Part shown: in pieces, positions 43,815 to 52,114 of the stretch
Numbering within the stretch: the first letter of the stretch is position 1
Layout of the letters: every line of letters begins with the position of its first letter
Assembly: GCA_903959175.1 (NCBI GenBank)
Contig: CAJBVW010000342.1
Span: 23,432 to 87,431 of the forward strand
Origin: an uncultured Pseudomonadota bacterium
Lineage (GTDB): Bacteria > Myxococcota_A > UBA796 > SXON01
Reading direction: 5' to 3'
DNA length: 64,000 nucleotides
Made by a program: the position numbers and the translations under genes
The notes under the pieces: model-generated
Databases searched by the model: none
What the model saw: only the letters and a program-made list of their open reading frames with translations
Told to the model about the DNA's origin: nothing

Positions 43815-44672
43815 ATGTCCATGTTCAGCCTCCCGCTGCTCGCGCTCTCCCTCGTCGGCCCCGCGCTCGCCGAGGACGCTCCTGCCGATCTGCCCGTCGT
43901 CACCGAAGCCTCCGCCGACGGCGTGGCCCAGGACGAAGAAGAAGACGACGCGCCCGAGGACTCCGTGAAGTCCGAGCGCGACTCCGTCAAAAAGGGGGAC
44001 GCCGTCTCCACCGCCCTCCCGGGCGAGGACGACAAGCGCAAGCGGATCATCAAGACGATCCAGAAGAAGAACTTCATGAAGATCCACCGCTACGAGGTGG
44101 GTCCGAGCCTGGGCTTCGTCGCGAACGATCCGTTCCTGAACCGCTACATCATCGGCGGCGTGTTCGACTACCACCTCACCGAGGTCTTCGCGGCCGAAGT
44201 GCAGATCGGCTACGCGCCCATCCTCGGCCAGGGTGGGGAGAACGACCCCGACTGGAAGGGTCTGTCGAAGCAGCTGCTCATTGAGAACAGCGTTTCGCCG
44301 GACATCTCCAAGCTGACCGCGCACGGCAGCGCCGCCCTCGCCTTCTCGCCGATCTACGGCAAGGCCGCGGTCGGTCGCAAGATCATCGCGTTCGACATCT
44401 TCGGCTACTTCGGCCTCGGTGTCACCGCGACCCAGGACGACCTCGTCGCCCTCCAGAACACCGACGACTCCGCCGTGCTCACCCAGAACCAGGTGCACCC
44501 CACCACGGTCATTGGCGGCGGCGCGCGCATCGCCTTCAACGAAGGCGTCGCGGCCCGCATCGAGGGCAAGTCCATGTCCTACATCGAGACCGTCAACTCC
44601 ACCACGCTGGAGATGAAGAACAACTTCATCGTCCAGGCCAACGTGTCCTTCTTCTTCCCGGGCATGAAGTGA
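43815..44672 (+). CDS. Outer-membrane beta-barrel protein, GltB/GltA (NfsB/NfsA)-like paralogue
   Basis: GGAG 5 nt upstream of ATG 43815. Signal MSMFSLPLLALSLVGPALA, an acidic/Lys-rich linker, then a barrel region homologous to the preceding gene. Confidence 0.75.
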   Translation: MSMFSLPLLALSLVGPALAEDAPADLPVVTEASADGVAQDEEEDDAPEDSVKSERDSVKKGDAVSTALPGEDDKRKRIIKTIQKKNFMKIHRYEVGPSLGFVANDPFLNRYIIGGVFDYHLTEVFAAEVQIGYAPILGQGGENDPDWKGLSKQLLIENSVSPDISKLTAHGSAALAFSPIYGKAAVGRKIIAFDIFGYFGLGVTATQDDLVALQNTDDSAVLTQNQVHPTTVIGGGARIAFNEGVAARIEGKSMSYIETVNSTTLEMKNNFIVQANVSFFFPGMK

Positions 44673-46549
44673 TGAAGACGCACCTCCTCCCCTTGGCCCC
44701 CGCGCTCGCGCTCGCCATGCTCTGGTCGCCCTCCGCTCACGCGCTGAGCTGCGACGAGATCATGAACATGGTGAACGTAAACGTCCCGGCGTCCATCGTC
44801 GTGGACACCATCGCCTCCTCCGGCGAGACGTTCAGCGCGGACGCGATCCGTTGCCTCACCAACGAGGGCGCGCCCGCCGAGATCGTCGCGGCCGCCAAGG
44901 CCCAGATGCAGAAGGCCGCGCCGGAGGACGACGCCCCCGTCCGCGGTGAGACCACCAAGTCCTCCAAGTCGAGCGGCAAGGCCACCGACGAAGAGTACGA
45001 GAACACCGAGGCCATCGGCGCCCCCAAGAAGTCCGGCGGCAAGTCGCTGCAGGACCTCCCGGAAGAGGGCACCGACGAGGACGAGGGGCGTGATCCCGAG
45101 GCCCTCGAGAGCGCGGTCAAGGCGTACAACGCCAAGAAGCCCCTCACCGCCAGCTACGAGCTCTTCCGTATGCTGCAGGAGAACCAGTTCCCCGACAAGG
45201 AGAGCAAGGTCCTCTACTATCTCGCGCGGTCGCTCTACGACCTCGAGATGTTCCACGCGTCGCAGTACTATTTCATCGAAGTGCTGAAGAAGGGGCCGTC
45301 CAACCCCTACTTCAAGTACGCGCTCCCCAAGCTCGTCAGCATCGCGAAGTTCACGGGTGACGAGTCCGATCTCGCCCGCATCGTCGCGAAGATCCCGCCC
45401 GAAGAGTTTCCCCGCTCCGCGCGCAACCAGCTCTACTATCTGCTGGGTGTTCGCCTCTACGAGCAGGACAAGCTCACCGAAGCCCGCAAGTACTTCGGTC
45501 AGGTGTCCGACAAGTCCGACCTGTACACCCGCTCGAAGTACTTCGAGGGGGTCATCTACAACAAGCAGGGCAAGCTGAAGAGCGCTGTCCGCTCGTTCAC
45601 GGACGTGGCGAAGACCGAGGCTACCGCCTCGACCCAGCAGGAGCTCGAGGAGCTCGATCGCCTCCGCGACCTCTCGCTGATGAACATCGCGCGCATCTAC
45701 TACAGCATCGAGAACTTCAAGGACGCGAACACGTACTACGGGTACGTCTCGCGCGAGTCCCGCTACTGGCCGCAGAGCCTGTTCGAGAGCGCCTGGTCGA
45801 ACTTCATGTTGTCCGACCTCAACCTGACGCTCGGGCAGCTCCTCACCCTGGAGAGCCCGTTCTACAAGCAGGACGAGTTCGTCCCCGAGGCCACCGTCCT
45901 CCGCGCGCTGACGTTCTTCAACCTCTGCGAGTACGAAGACGTCGACCGCCTCCTCCTCGACTTCGACGCGAACTATCGCCCGATGCACGCGGAGATGAAG
46001 GACTTCCTCAAGCAGTACTCGACAGAAGAAGGGCGCAAGCTCGCGGACCAGGCGTTCGACCGTTACTTCGGTGACAAGGCGCCGGACACCGTGCTGCCCA
46101 AGGCGATGTTCACGCGCATCCTGCGTGACCAGGAGCTCGCCGGCATCGTGACGCACCTCGAGATCATGGATCGCGAGGAGACGCTCATCGACTCGCAGAA
46201 GTCGCAGTGGAAGGACAGCGTGGGCGAGCAGCTCCACAAGGTCATCGCCGAGGATCGCGAGCGCCTCAAGCGCCGCGCTGGCCTCGCGCTGCTCCAGGAG
46301 ATGGTGACCATGACCACCTACCTGGGCGATCTGCTCACCCAGGCCGAGATCATCCGGTTCGAGGTCATCGACGCCAAGCGCGGCATCCTCAACTACATGA
46401 TGACGACCACCGACCTGTCGGACACCTCGAAGGAGACCGAGATCGACTTCTCGGTTTCCACCAACAAGATCTACTGGCCCTTCAACGGCGAGTTCTGGCA
46501 GGACGAGCTCGGGTACTATCGGTACACCGAGCAGGGTTCCTGCAAGTAG
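44669..46549 (+). CDS. Secreted TPR-like protein, GltC/NfsC-like
   Basis: The start (GTG 44669 or ATG 44672) overlaps the upstream stop. Signal ...LALAMLWSPSAHA. Acidic/Lys-rich linker, then helical-repeat (TPR-like) segments (YYLARSLYDLEMFHASQYYFIEVLKK, YYLLGVRLYEQDKLTEARKYF, YFEGVIYNKQGKLKSAVRSF). 626 aa. Confidence 0.7.
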   Translation: MMKTHLLPLAPALALAMLWSPSAHALSCDEIMNMVNVNVPASIVVDTIASSGETFSADAIRCLTNEGAPAEIVAAAKAQMQKAAPEDDAPVRGETTKSSKSSGKATDEEYENTEAIGAPKKSGGKSLQDLPEEGTDEDEGRDPEALESAVKAYNAKKPLTASYELFRMLQENQFPDKESKVLYYLARSLYDLEMFHASQYYFIEVLKKGPSNPYFKYALPKLVSIAKFTGDESDLARIVAKIPPEEFPRSARNQLYYLLGVRLYEQDKLTEARKYFGQVSDKSDLYTRSKYFEGVIYNKQGKLKSAVRSFTDVAKTEATASTQQELEELDRLRDLSLMNIARIYYSIENFKDANTYYGYVSRESRYWPQSLFESAWSNFMLSDLNLTLGQLLTLESPFYKQDEFVPEATVLRALTFFNLCEYEDVDRLLLDFDANYRPMHAEMKDFLKQYSTEEGRKLADQAFDRYFGDKAPDTVLPKAMFTRILRDQELAGIVTHLEIMDREETLIDSQKSQWKDSVGEQLHKVIAEDRERLKRRAGLALLQEMVTMTTYLGDLLTQAEIIRFEVIDAKRGILNYMMTTTDLSDTSKETEIDFSVSTNKIYWPFNGEFWQDELGYYRYTEQGSCK

Positions 46550-46632
46550 CCCTTCCCTTCATCCCGGGCGGCTCGAGAGCCGCCCCTCGTCGGCGGTCCC
46601 CGCTCGCCGGTCGCGGATCAGGAGTCTGAATC

Positions 46633-49600
46633 ATGGAACGTACGTTTGTCCCTCGCGTCGGCCTCGCGCTGAGCCTCCTGCTCGGCGCAGGCGCTTTGGA
46701 GGTCGCGATCGCGCCCTCTGCCGCACACGCGCAGAGCCGTGACCAGAAGGCCGAGCGCCGCGTCCTCAAGGCGACGGACGTGGACGCCGCGACTCAGCAG
46801 TCGGAAGCGCTCCGCGCCGCCGCCCGCGCCGCCCGTCTCGAGTCGATCTCCCGCTTGAAGGAGATCATCTCTGGCACGACGGCCCAGGGCGACCAGAAGG
46901 CCGAGATGCTCCTGCGCCTCGCGGACCTCTACTTCGAAGAGGGCCGTGACCTGTACCTCTCCGAGATGGCCGTCTTCCAGAAGGCCATCGACGAGGAGTT
47001 CAACAAGCCCAACGGCAACACCGACAACGTCAAGCAGGCCGACTACGTCAAGGAGTCGCGCGGCTGGCAGGACAAGAGCATCAAGCTCTACAAGCAGATC
47101 CTCGCGAGCTACCCGCAGTACCAGCGCTCGGACGAAGCGACGTTCTACCTCGGTCAGGCGCTCGCTGACACCAACCAGACCGACCCGGCCAACGCCGAGT
47201 TCACCCGTCTGGTGAAGACCTACCCCGAGAGCAAGTTCGTCCCGGACGCCTACGTGCTCATCGGCGAGTACTGGTTCGAAAAGAACGAGGCCTACAAGGC
47301 GCTCAACGCCTACCAGAAGGCCGCCGCCTACAAGGACCACGAGAAATACGCCTTCGCGAACTACAAGCTCGCCTGGTGCTACTACAACGTGGGTGACTAC
47401 GCGACCGCCATCGACAAGATGAAGGCCGTCGTCTCCTACTCCATGAGCGGCGGCGCGGTCGGAGCGGACGGCAAGCCGCTCATGAAGACCCTCCAGCTCC
47501 AGGACGAAGCCCTCAAGGACCTCGTCCGCTTCTTCGCCGACGCCGGCGAGATGGACGAGGCCTACGAGTACTTCAACAAGCTCGGCAAGAAAGAGCTCAT
47601 CCGCGACATGCTCAAGCGCCTCGCGGCGACCTATTTCGAGCAGGGTAAGTTCGAGTCCGCCATCCAGACGTATCGCCGCCTGATCGCCGAGGATCCCCAG
47701 GGCCCCGCCGCCCCGGACTTCCAGAACGAGATCATCCAGGCCTACACCAAGATGGGCAAGAAGGAGGACACGCTCGCCGAGATCGACCGTCTCCTCAAGA
47801 ACTACGGCAAGCAGAGCTCCTGGGCGCGCACCAACGCCGCCAACCAGGACGCCGTCAAGACCGCCGACGAGCTGATCGAGAAGGGCCTGCGCACCGTCGC
47901 GATCAACTACCACAACGAGGCGAAGAAGCTGAAGACCGGCCCCCAGGCCGCCTCCACCTACGCGCTCGCGGAGAAGGCCTACGAGGTCTACATCCAGGAG
48001 TTCCCCGACTCCAAGTACAGCTACGACGTGCGGTACTCCTACTCGGAGCTCCTCTACACGATCAAGAAGTACGACTCCGCGTACGACCAGTACATGAAGG
48101 TCGTCAGCATCGACAAGAAGGGCCAGCACTCGCGCTTCTGCGCCGAGTCCGCCATCTTCGCCGCTGAAGAGATGATGAAGAGGGAAGCGAAGAACGGCGG
48201 TGGCGGGGCCGGCCCCGACCCCGGCAAGAAGACCGATCCGCTCCCGCTCTCCGATTGGGAGCAGAAGCAGCTCAAGGCGTTGGACCAGTTCCGCGAGCTC
48301 TTCCCGACCGATCCGAAGGCGCGCAACATCATCTACAAGTCCGCGTACCTCCTGTACAACAAGAACCAGTTCAAGGAGGCCTCGGAGCGCTTCAACGTCG
48401 TCATCTCCATGGACCCCAAGTCCAAGGAGGCCGAGCAGGCCGCCAACCTCATCCTCGACAGCTTCGCGCTCGTCGAGGATTGGGACAGCCTGAAGAAGAA
48501 CTCCAAGTTCTACTTCGACCAGGTGGGCCTCGGGTCCGACTCCTTCAAGAAGGAGGTCTACGGCATCTACGAGAACGCCTCGTTGAAGTTCATCGAGATC
48601 GACTTCAAGAAGACCTCGGACAAGAAGCAGGGCGCCGCGAACTTCTGGGCCTTCTACCAGGAGTTCCCGGGCTCCCAGAACGCCGACCTCGCGTTGAACA
48701 ATGCCAGCGTGTACTACCACGACCTCGGCAACGTCACCGACTCGATGAAGGTGCGCCTCGAGCTCATCAACAAGTTCCCCAAGTCCAAGTTCTACAAGGA
48801 CCAAGTGGCCTCGCTCGGGTTCGACTACGAGTCCATCGCGAACTTCCCCGAAGCCGCGAACTGGTACGAGAAGCTCTTCGCCCTCGACAAGACGCACGCA
48901 AGCGCGTCCGACGCGATCTTCTCCGCTGCGCTCTTCCGCAACTCCCTCGGTCAGTGGGAGCAGGCGATCAAGAACTACCAGCAGTACATGACGGCCTTCC
49001 CGGACAAGCCGAACCTCAACGGCATCCAGCTCGACATCGGCCGCATCTACGAAGAGCATGAGAAGTACGCGGAGGCCTCCAAGGTCTACCTGTCCTTCTA
49101 CACGCCGAAGCCGACGGTGAAGGGGCAGCCCCCGCAGGTCATGGGCTCGCTCGACGAGCTGATGTACGCCCGCCTTCACTACGGCCTCCTCATGGACAAG
49201 CTGGGTCAGGGCGCGAAGGTCGGGCAGCACTGGAAGGAGACCATCGCCTTCTTCGACGCCCAGAAGAAGGCCGGCGCGACCTTCGAGAGCTCGGTCGAGT
49301 ACGTGGCCCAGATCATGTACATCCTCGCCGAGCCCCAGTACCAGGCCTACATGGCCATGAAGATCAGCGGCCCCGGGGACAAGAAGCTCAACCAGAAGCA
49401 GACCGACAAGCTCCTGACCGACCAGCTCGTCACCAAGGTCAAGGCCATGGGCGAGGTCGAGAAGACCTACGCCGCCATCATCGGCACCGGCGCCGGTGAG
49501 TGGGGTCTCGCCGCGCTCGCTCGCCTCGGCTCCGCGTACGAGAACCTGAGCGAGTCGCTCGAGGGCTCCTGGATCCCGACGTACCTCACGGCGGACCAGA

Positions 49601-49845
49601 AGGAGCTCTACACGATGGCCCTGCAGGACAAGGCCTACCCGCAGATCGAGAAGGCCGCCGCGGCCTACTCGGCGGCGCTCGGGAAGTCGTACGAGCTCAA
49701 CCTCTACAACGACAACACCGCGAACGCGACGCGCCGCCTCGGCGTCCTCCGCCCCGACGACTACCCGGGTCTCTTCGAGAAGATCCCCGAGCCCCGTTAC
49801 TCGGCGCCCTCGACGTTCGCCGGCAACTTCGAATCCGAGCCGTAA
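46633..49845 (+). CDS. Large secreted multi-TPR protein, GltD(AgmU)/NfsD-like
   Basis: CAGGAG 8 nt upstream of the ATG. Signal ...LLLGAGALEVAIAPSAAHA. 1070 aa of TPR-type repeats (ATFYLGQALADTNQ, AYVLIGEYWFEKNEAYKALNAYQKA, ANYKLAWCYYNVGDYATAIDKM ...). Confidence 0.75.
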   Translation: MERTFVPRVGLALSLLLGAGALEVAIAPSAAHAQSRDQKAERRVLKATDVDAATQQSEALRAAARAARLESISRLKEIISGTTAQGDQKAEMLLRLADLYFEEGRDLYLSEMAVFQKAIDEEFNKPNGNTDNVKQADYVKESRGWQDKSIKLYKQILASYPQYQRSDEATFYLGQALADTNQTDPANAEFTRLVKTYPESKFVPDAYVLIGEYWFEKNEAYKALNAYQKAAAYKDHEKYAFANYKLAWCYYNVGDYATAIDKMKAVVSYSMSGGAVGADGKPLMKTLQLQDEALKDLVRFFADAGEMDEAYEYFNKLGKKELIRDMLKRLAATYFEQGKFESAIQTYRRLIAEDPQGPAAPDFQNEIIQAYTKMGKKEDTLAEIDRLLKNYGKQSSWARTNAANQDAVKTADELIEKGLRTVAINYHNEAKKLKTGPQAASTYALAEKAYEVYIQEFPDSKYSYDVRYSYSELLYTIKKYDSAYDQYMKVVSIDKKGQHSRFCAESAIFAAEEMMKREAKNGGGGAGPDPGKKTDPLPLSDWEQKQLKALDQFRELFPTDPKARNIIYKSAYLLYNKNQFKEASERFNVVISMDPKSKEAEQAANLILDSFALVEDWDSLKKNSKFYFDQVGLGSDSFKKEVYGIYENASLKFIEIDFKKTSDKKQGAANFWAFYQEFPGSQNADLALNNASVYYHDLGNVTDSMKVRLELINKFPKSKFYKDQVASLGFDYESIANFPEAANWYEKLFALDKTHASASDAIFSAALFRNSLGQWEQAIKNYQQYMTAFPDKPNLNGIQLDIGRIYEEHEKYAEASKVYLSFYTPKPTVKGQPPQVMGSLDELMYARLHYGLLMDKLGQGAKVGQHWKETIAFFDAQKKAGATFESSVEYVAQIMYILAEPQYQAYMAMKISGPGDKKLNQKQTDKLLTDQLVTKVKAMGEVEKTYAAIIGTGAGEWGLAALARLGSAYENLSESLEGSWIPTYLTADQKELYTMALQDKAYPQIEKAAAAYSAALGKSYELNLYNDNTANATRRLGVLRPDDYPGLFEKIPEPRYSAPSTFAGNFESEP

Positions 49846-49854
49846 GGGATCCCG

Positions 49855-51381
49855 ATGCGCACCCTCTCCTTTGTTTTGTTGCTCGCGCTGACGGGCTGCC
49901 CCAAGACCGAAGCTCCGGTCGACCCCAACGCCGTCGTTCAGGTGGACCCCAAGAAGGTCTTCACCGAAGGCGTCGCGCTGCTCAAGGCGTCGAGCGTCGA
50001 CTACGCCGCGGCCCTGGTGAAGTTCGAGGCAGCCACCGTCGCGGACCCCGGCTTCGCCAAGGCCTGGTACAACGCCGGCTACTGTGCCGAGCGCACGGGT
50101 GATCTCGTCAAGGCCGAGGCGAACTATCGCAAGGCCCTCGAGCTCCAGCCCGCGTACAACTCGGCGCTCTTCAACCTCGGCCTCGTGCTCGGCGCGTCCG
50201 GCAAGGGGCCCGAGGCGGTGACCCTCTACAAGGGCTTCATCGAGAAGAACCCGGCCGACCTCCAGGCTCGCGCCAACCTCGTGGACGTGCTCACCGGCGC
50301 GAAGCTCTACGACGAGGCGATCGCGCAGGCCCAGGAGATCCTGGCCCGCGATCCGAAGAACGTCGGCGCCTACCGGAACCTGTCCCGCGCCTACTACGCG
50401 CAGGGCAACTTCGAGATGAGCCTCCTCTGCGCCCAGAAGGCCAAGACGTTGAACGACGCCGACCCCGGCATCTACAACAACATGGGCGTCATCTGGCTGC
50501 AGAAGGGCAACGAGGCCTCCGCGATCGAGGAGTTCAAGACCGCGATCAAGGTCGACCCGGCCAACATGCCGGCCAACCTGAACCTCGGCTACATCGCCCT
50601 CGACTCGGGTGACTACGCGCTCGCCAAGACCGCGTTCGAAGCCGTCGTGAAGCAGTACCCGGGCAACACGGACGCGCAGATGGGGTACGCCATCTCGCTC
50701 CGCGGCCTCCAGGACTACGACGGCGCCACCAAGATCTACGACGTGCTCCTCGCGAAGGATCCGAGCAACCGGACCATCGCGTACAACGCGGCGATGCTCT
50801 ACCAGAAGTACACGAAGAACTTCGACAAGGCGGCGAAGGTACTCGACGAGTACCAGAAGGGCGCCGGCACGCTGTCCCCGAGCGACGAGTTCTTCACCTG
50901 GAAGGACTCCGTCGAAAAGGACCGCGAGATCGAGCGCAAGCGCCAGGACGAGATCAAGCGGCTCGCCAAGGAGAAGGAAGAGCGCGAGAAGCGCCAGGCC
51001 GAGCAGCTCAAGAAGATGGCCGACAACATCGCCGCGATGGAGAAGGACCTCCAGAACGAGTGTCTCCTCGCGACGGACGCCGGCATGATGGCCCAGATGG
51101 TCATCGAGCAGGCCAAGCCGGTCATCGCCGAGAAGGACCTCCAGATGGTCGGCGACATGGAGACCTTCGTGACGGACTCCATGGCCCAGCTCGAAGCCGC
51201 CAGGGCCACCTGCGGCACCGGCGCCCCTGCGGACGGTGGCGCCCCGCCTCCCGCCGACGGTGCGGCCCCCGCAGGCGCAGGCACGGAGCCCGCTCCGGCC
51301 CCCGCGCCCGCTCCGGTCCCCACGCCCGCTCCGGTCCCCACGCCCGCTCCGGTCCCCACGCCCGCTCCGGCGCCCCAGTAG
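49855..51381 (+). CDS. TPR lipoprotein with coiled-coil and Pro-rich tail, GltE(AglT)/NfsE-like
   Basis: Lipobox MRTLSFVLLLALTGC. TPR repeats (AWYNAGYCAERTGDLVKAEANYRKALELQP, ALFNLGLVLGASGKGPEAVTLYKGFIEKNP ...). KE-rich coiled coil EKDREIERKRQDEIKRLAKEKEEREKRQAEQLKK. Tail PAPAPAPAPVPTPAPVPTPAPVPTPAPAPQ. Confidence 0.75.
   Translation: MRTLSFVLLLALTGCPKTEAPVDPNAVVQVDPKKVFTEGVALLKASSVDYAAALVKFEAATVADPGFAKAWYNAGYCAERTGDLVKAEANYRKALELQPAYNSALFNLGLVLGASGKGPEAVTLYKGFIEKNPADLQARANLVDVLTGAKLYDEAIAQAQEILARDPKNVGAYRNLSRAYYAQGNFEMSLLCAQKAKTLNDADPGIYNNMGVIWLQKGNEASAIEEFKTAIKVDPANMPANLNLGYIALDSGDYALAKTAFEAVVKQYPGNTDAQMGYAISLRGLQDYDGATKIYDVLLAKDPSNRTIAYNAAMLYQKYTKNFDKAAKVLDEYQKGAGTLSPSDEFFTWKDSVEKDREIERKRQDEIKRLAKEKEEREKRQAEQLKKMADNIAAMEKDLQNECLLATDAGMMAQMVIEQAKPVIAEKDLQMVGDMETFVTDSMAQLEAARATCGTGAPADGGAPPPADGAAPAGAGTEPAPAPAPAPVPTPAPVPTPAPVPTPAPAPQ
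51307..51378 (+). repeat. Perfect 18-bp coding tandem repeat (cccgctccggtccccacg x3 plus a partial copy) encoding PAPVPT
   Basis: Read directly: units at 51307-51324, 51325-51342 and 51343-51360, then a diverged partial unit running to the stop codon. Confidence 0.9.
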
Positions 51382-51400
51382 CCACCCTCCGGCCGACACA

Positions 51401-51441
51401 GCCCCGCTCCGAGCATGCTCGGAGCGGGGCTTTCGGTTTTT
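51401..51441 (+). terminator. Rho-independent terminator after the GltE-like gene
   Basis: Perfect 30-nt palindrome GCCCCGCTCCGAGCATGCTCGGAGCGGGGC (51401-51430) followed by TTTCGGTTTTT. Confidence 0.75.
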
Positions 51442-51576
51442 CGGCCGGTGGCGCCTGGCGCGGCGCGCTCCCTGGCCCGGAATCCGCTACGAGCCGCGTC
51501 GTACGTGCACAAGCCCCAAGTCGGGGGTTCGAGGCGGCACCGCGGAGCACCGCGGCAAGTTCCGCTAGACAGAAGT

Positions 51577-51606
51577 TTGACCGGAACCCCCGCAGCATCC
51601 TATTGT
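51577..51606 (+). promoter_or_regulatory. Candidate sigma70-type promoter for the gltF/gltG-like unit
   Basis: TTGACC (51577-51582), 18-nt spacer, TATTGT (51601-51606). This is an AT-rich hexamer pair in an otherwise GC-rich intergenic region, about 120 nt upstream of ATG 51727. Confidence 0.3.
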
Positions 51607-51655
51607 CCTAAGCTTCCGGGCACGCGAGAATGTGCCCGCAGCGCCTCGCCCGCCT

Positions 51656-51715
51656 CCGGCTTCGCAACAGCCTCATCCGGCTTCGCAACAGCCTCGTCCG
51701 GCTTCGCAACCTCAT
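51656..51715 (+). repeat. Three direct tandem repeats (21, 21, 18 bp) in the leader of the GltF-like gene
   Basis: ccggcttcgcaacagcctcat (51656-51676), ccggcttcgcaacagcctcgt (51677-51697), ccggcttcgcaac---ctcat (51698-51715). The array ends 11 nt before ATG 51727. Confidence 0.9.
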
Positions 51716-51726
51716 CGGGAGCCTCA

Positions 51727-52008
51727 ATGACCCGCACTCTCCTCTCTCGCATCCTCCTCGCCAGCGTCGTCGCCGGTACCCTCGTAGGTTCTGCCTTCGC
51801 GCAGGACGAAGAGGGCGGCGGGGAGCGCAAGGTCTCCTACAAGCAGAAGACCGAGATCGACTTCGAAGGCCTCGACGTCAGCGGTGAGCTCGTCAAGCCC
51901 CAGAGCGCGTTGGTGCTCGACCGTAAGAAGGCCAGCTTCAACCCCCTCATCAAGCTGCGTGAGGACTTCAACGCCGAGATGGAGCAATCCGTCGACGAAG
52001 TGAAGTAG
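51727..52008 (+). CDS. Small secreted protein in the GltF/NfsF position
   Basis: GGGAG 5 nt upstream of ATG 51727. Signal MTRTLLSRILLASVVAGTLVGSAFA. The mature part is about 68 aa (KTEIDFEGLDVSGELVKPQSALVLDRKKASFNPLIKLREDF). Upstream in-frame codons were rejected as coding. Confidence 0.6.
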   Translation: MTRTLLSRILLASVVAGTLVGSAFAQDEEGGGERKVSYKQKTEIDFEGLDVSGELVKPQSALVLDRKKASFNPLIKLREDFNAEMEQSVDEVK

Positions 52009-52114
52009 TCCTCCCGACCCATCCGGGGGGCTCCCGCCCCCTCCCGCGCCCGCTCCGTCCTCCGGAAAGGGCGCGCAACCTCAGGGGCCGCATCTGCGGC
52101 CACAAGGGCTTCCC

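Noticed and set aside
46618-51399. 1593-aa minus-strand ORF
   Set aside because: It is antisense to the two TPR genes. It starts with RSGRGD low-complexity repeats and has no motifs. The + frames encode well-formed TPR repeats, a signal peptide and a lipobox, and they have SD sequences.
51415-51726. In-frame upstream extension of the GltF-like ORF that would translate the 21-bp repeats as SGFATAS repeats
   Set aside because: A canonical signal peptide starts exactly at ATG 51727, which has GGGAG upstream. The extension would also include the terminator palindrome and the promoter-like AT-rich hexamers, so the repeats are treated as non-coding.
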